From a virus (taxonomy: Duplodnaviria; Heunggongvirae; Uroviricota; Caudoviricetes), in the IMG/VR virus record IMGVR_UViG_2734482782_000005, positions 1 to 41,225 of that record: a stretch of 41,225 nt of DNA. One strand, written 5' to 3'. The first letter of the stretch is position 1. Every line of letters starts with the position of its first letter. The notes beneath the pieces are model-generated. The model was not told the origin of the DNA. It did not search any database and worked only from the letters and a program-made list of their open reading frames with translations. The position numbers and the translations under genes were made by a program. Positions 39,248-41,225 of this stretch are shown here, piece after piece.

Positions 39248-39448
39248 ATGCAACACGAACTACAGCCTGATTCCCTGGTTGATTTGAAATTCATCATGGC
39301 TGATACTGGCTTCGGTAAAACCTTCATCTACGACCGTATTAAGTCCGGCGACCTGCCAAAAGCCAAAGTTATCCACGGGCGAGCAAGATGGTTATATCGT
39401 GACCATTGTGAATTCAAAAATAAGCTCTTAAGCCGCGCCAATGGGTAA
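39248..39448 (+). CDS. torI: Excisionase-like recombination directionality factor TorI
   Basis: 66 aa, MQHELQPDSLVDLKFIMADTGFGKTFIYDRIKSGDLPKAKVIHGRARWLYRDHCEFKNKLLSRANG, matches recalled E. coli TorI; GGAG RBS. Confidence 0.85.
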   Translation: MQHELQPDSLVDLKFIMADTGFGKTFIYDRIKSGDLPKAKVIHGRARWLYRDHCEFKNKLLSRANG

Positions 39449-39521
39449 AATAGCGGGTAAAATATTTCTCACATCTAAAAAATACCATTCCAATCAATCC
39501 CCTGCCGCTTCAAGTAGATGT

Positions 39522-39536
39522 CTGCAGGGGACACCA
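39522..39536 (+). other. Putative attR core: 15-nt copy of a tRNA 3' end (CTGCAGGGGACACCA)
   Basis: Sequence ends in CCA preceded by acceptor-stem-like AGGGGAC; matches recalled 3' end of E. coli argW and the KplE1 core repeat; host-like DNA follows. Confidence 0.6.
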
Positions 39537-39977
39537 GATACCCTTCAAACGAAATCTACCTTCACCCCGTAAAAGATGGGTTTGGCAGCACACTTGCCTT
39601 ATATCTACTCATTTTTACTGCAACAGGTTGAAATCTCAGCACTGTCAGAAAGCGCTGATGACTAAACAGCCCTGAGCCGGGCGATGTAACCATCACACAG
39701 AATCCTGATAGCGAAATATGGCGTGACTCGATACTTCACTCCGCAATGCATTCCTTGATGAATTCGCAGGACCGTGATACACGGGACAGGTCACTGAATG
39801 ACGACAATGTCCTGGAAATCAGCGAACCGCGCATCTGAAGTACATTTGAGCGACTGTACCAGAACATGAATGAGGCGTTTGGATTAGGCGATTATTAGCA
39901 GGGCTAAGCATTTTACTATTATTATTTTCCGGTTGAGGGATATAGAGCTATCGACAACAACCGGAAAAAGTTTACGT

Positions 39978-41225
39978 CTATATTGCTGAAGGTACAGGCG
40001 TTTCCATAACTATTTGCTCGCGTTTTTTACTCAAGAAGAAAATGCCAAATAGCAACATCAGGCAGACAATACCCGAAATTGCGAAGAAAACTGTTTGGTA
40101 GCCTGCGTGGTCAAAGAGTATCCCAGTCGGCGTTGAAAGCAGCACAATCCCAAGCGAACTGGCAATTTGAAAACCAATCAGAAAGATCGTCGACGACAGG
40201 CGCTTATCAAAGTTTGCCACGCTGTATTTGAAGACGGATATGACACAAAGTGGAACCTCAATGGCATGTAACAACTTCACTAATGAAATAATCCAGGGGT
40301 TAACGAACAGCGCGCAGGAAAGGATACGCAACGCCATAATCACAACTCCGATAAGTAATGCATTTTTTGGCCCTACCCGATTCACAAAGAAAGGAATAAT
40401 CGCCATGCACAGCGCTTCGAGTACCACCTGGAATGAGTTGAGATAACCATACAGGCGCGTTCCTACATCGTGTGATTCGAATAAACCTGAATAAAAGACA
40501 GGAAAAAGTTGTTGATCAAAAATGTTATAGAAAGACCACGTCCCCACAATAAATATGACGAAAACCCAGAAGTTTCGATCCTTGAAAACTGCGATAAAAT
40601 CCTCTTTTTTTACCCCTCCCGCATCTGCCGCTACGCACTGGTGATCCTTATCTTTAAAACGCATGTTGATCATCATAAATACAGCGCCAAATAGCGAGAC
40701 CAACCAGAAGTTGATATGGGGACTGATACTAAAAAATATGCCGGCAAAGAACGCGCCAATAGCATAGCCAAAAGATCCCCAGGCGCGCGCTGTTCCATAT
40801 TCGAAATGAAAATTTCGCGCCATTTTTTCGGTGAAGCTATCAAGCAAACCGCATCCCGCCAGATACCCCAAGCCAAAAAATAGCGCCCCCAGAATTAGAC
40901 CTACAGAAAAATTGCTTTGCAGTAACGGTTCATAAACGTAAATCATAAACGGTCCGGTCAAGACCAGGATGAAACTCATACACCAGATGAGCGGTTTCTT
41001 CAGACCGAGTTTATCCTGAACGATGCCGTAGAACATCATAAATAGAATGCTGGTAAACTGGTTGACCGAATAAAGTGTACCTAATTCCGTCCCTGTCAAC
41101 CCTAGATGTCCTTTCAGCCAAATAGCGTATAACGACCACCACAGCGACCAGGAAATAAAAAAGAGAAATGAGTAACTGGATGCAAAACGATAGTACGCAT
41201 TTCTGAATGGAATATTCAGTGCCAT
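39978..41225 (-). CDS. cscB: LacY-family oligosaccharide:H+ symporter, probably sucrose permease CscB
   Basis: 415-aa 12-TM MFS protein; collinear with LacY motifs (DKLGLKK, FDQQ); translation matches my recollection of E. coli CscB. Confidence 0.8.
   Translation of the reverse strand: MALNIPFRNAYYRFASSYSFLFFISWSLWWSLYAIWLKGHLGLTGTELGTLYSVNQFTSILFMMFYGIVQDKLGLKKPLIWCMSFILVLTGPFMIYVYEPLLQSNFSVGLILGALFFGLGYLAGCGLLDSFTEKMARNFHFEYGTARAWGSFGYAIGAFFAGIFFSISPHINFWLVSLFGAVFMMINMRFKDKDHQCVAADAGGVKKEDFIAVFKDRNFWVFVIFIVGTWSFYNIFDQQLFPVFYSGLFESHDVGTRLYGYLNSFQVVLEALCMAIIPFFVNRVGPKNALLIGVVIMALRILSCALFVNPWIISLVKLLHAIEVPLCVISVFKYSVANFDKRLSSTIFLIGFQIASSLGIVLLSTPTGILFDHAGYQTVFFAISGIVCLMLLFGIFFLSKKREQIVMETPVPSAI

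Larger units (their letters stand above)
1..39536. mobile_element. Mosaic lambdoid / P22-like prophage with KplE1 (CPS-53)-type int/torI module; appears complete; attL lies upstream of the window
   Basis: Contiguous int, gtrABC, tailspike, P22/Sf6-like morphogenesis genes, terminase, lambda-like lysis, Q, nin, replication, cro/cI, N, recombination genes, torI, ending at a tRNA 3'-end core copy at 39522-39536. Confidence 0.85.

Overview
This window is almost entirely one apparently complete, mosaic lambdoid prophage (about 1-39536), followed by host DNA carrying a LacY-family permease that I read as cscB. All protein identifications come from reading the ORF translations and recalling known phage proteins; no database search was run.

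Layout, left to right:
- 1-4028 (+): integrase intS, then an O-antigen glucosylation cluster gtrA-gtrB-gtrC.
- 4031-6064 (-): tailspike with a P22-type N-terminal head-binding domain.
- 6186-6446 (+): an orphan Mnt-like repressor.
- 6536-20482 (-): P22/Sf6-like virion and packaging genes (gp16, gp20, gp7, gp14, tail needle, gp10, gp4, coat, scaffold, portal, TerL, TerS).
- 21590-22807 (-): lambda-type lysis cassette S-R-Rz/Rz1.
- 23241-29954 (-): lambda Q with PR'/tR', nin region, ren, a DnaC-type loader, O with four 24-bp-spaced iterons, cII, cro.
- 29955-30065: divergent OR region.
- 30066-39448 (+): cI, PL/nutL, N, accessory ORFs, cIII/kil, a Rad52-like annealase, SSB, an HNH nuclease, a DEDDh exonuclease, unknown early ORFs, and the excisionase-like torI.
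- 39522-39536: a 15-nt tRNA 3'-end core that I take as attR.

Most interesting observations:
1. An AT-rich HNH-AP2 endonuclease gene is fused in frame to the first ~32 codons of a lambda-type ninB and is immediately followed by a complete ninB with a recoded 5' end.
2. An AT-rich 156-aa gene of unknown function sits between two intrinsic terminators in the PL operon.
3. The tRNA 3' segment at the right end is split into two pieces around the torI cassette.
4. An orphan Mnt-like repressor sits next to a 23-bp palindrome at the tailspike promoter.
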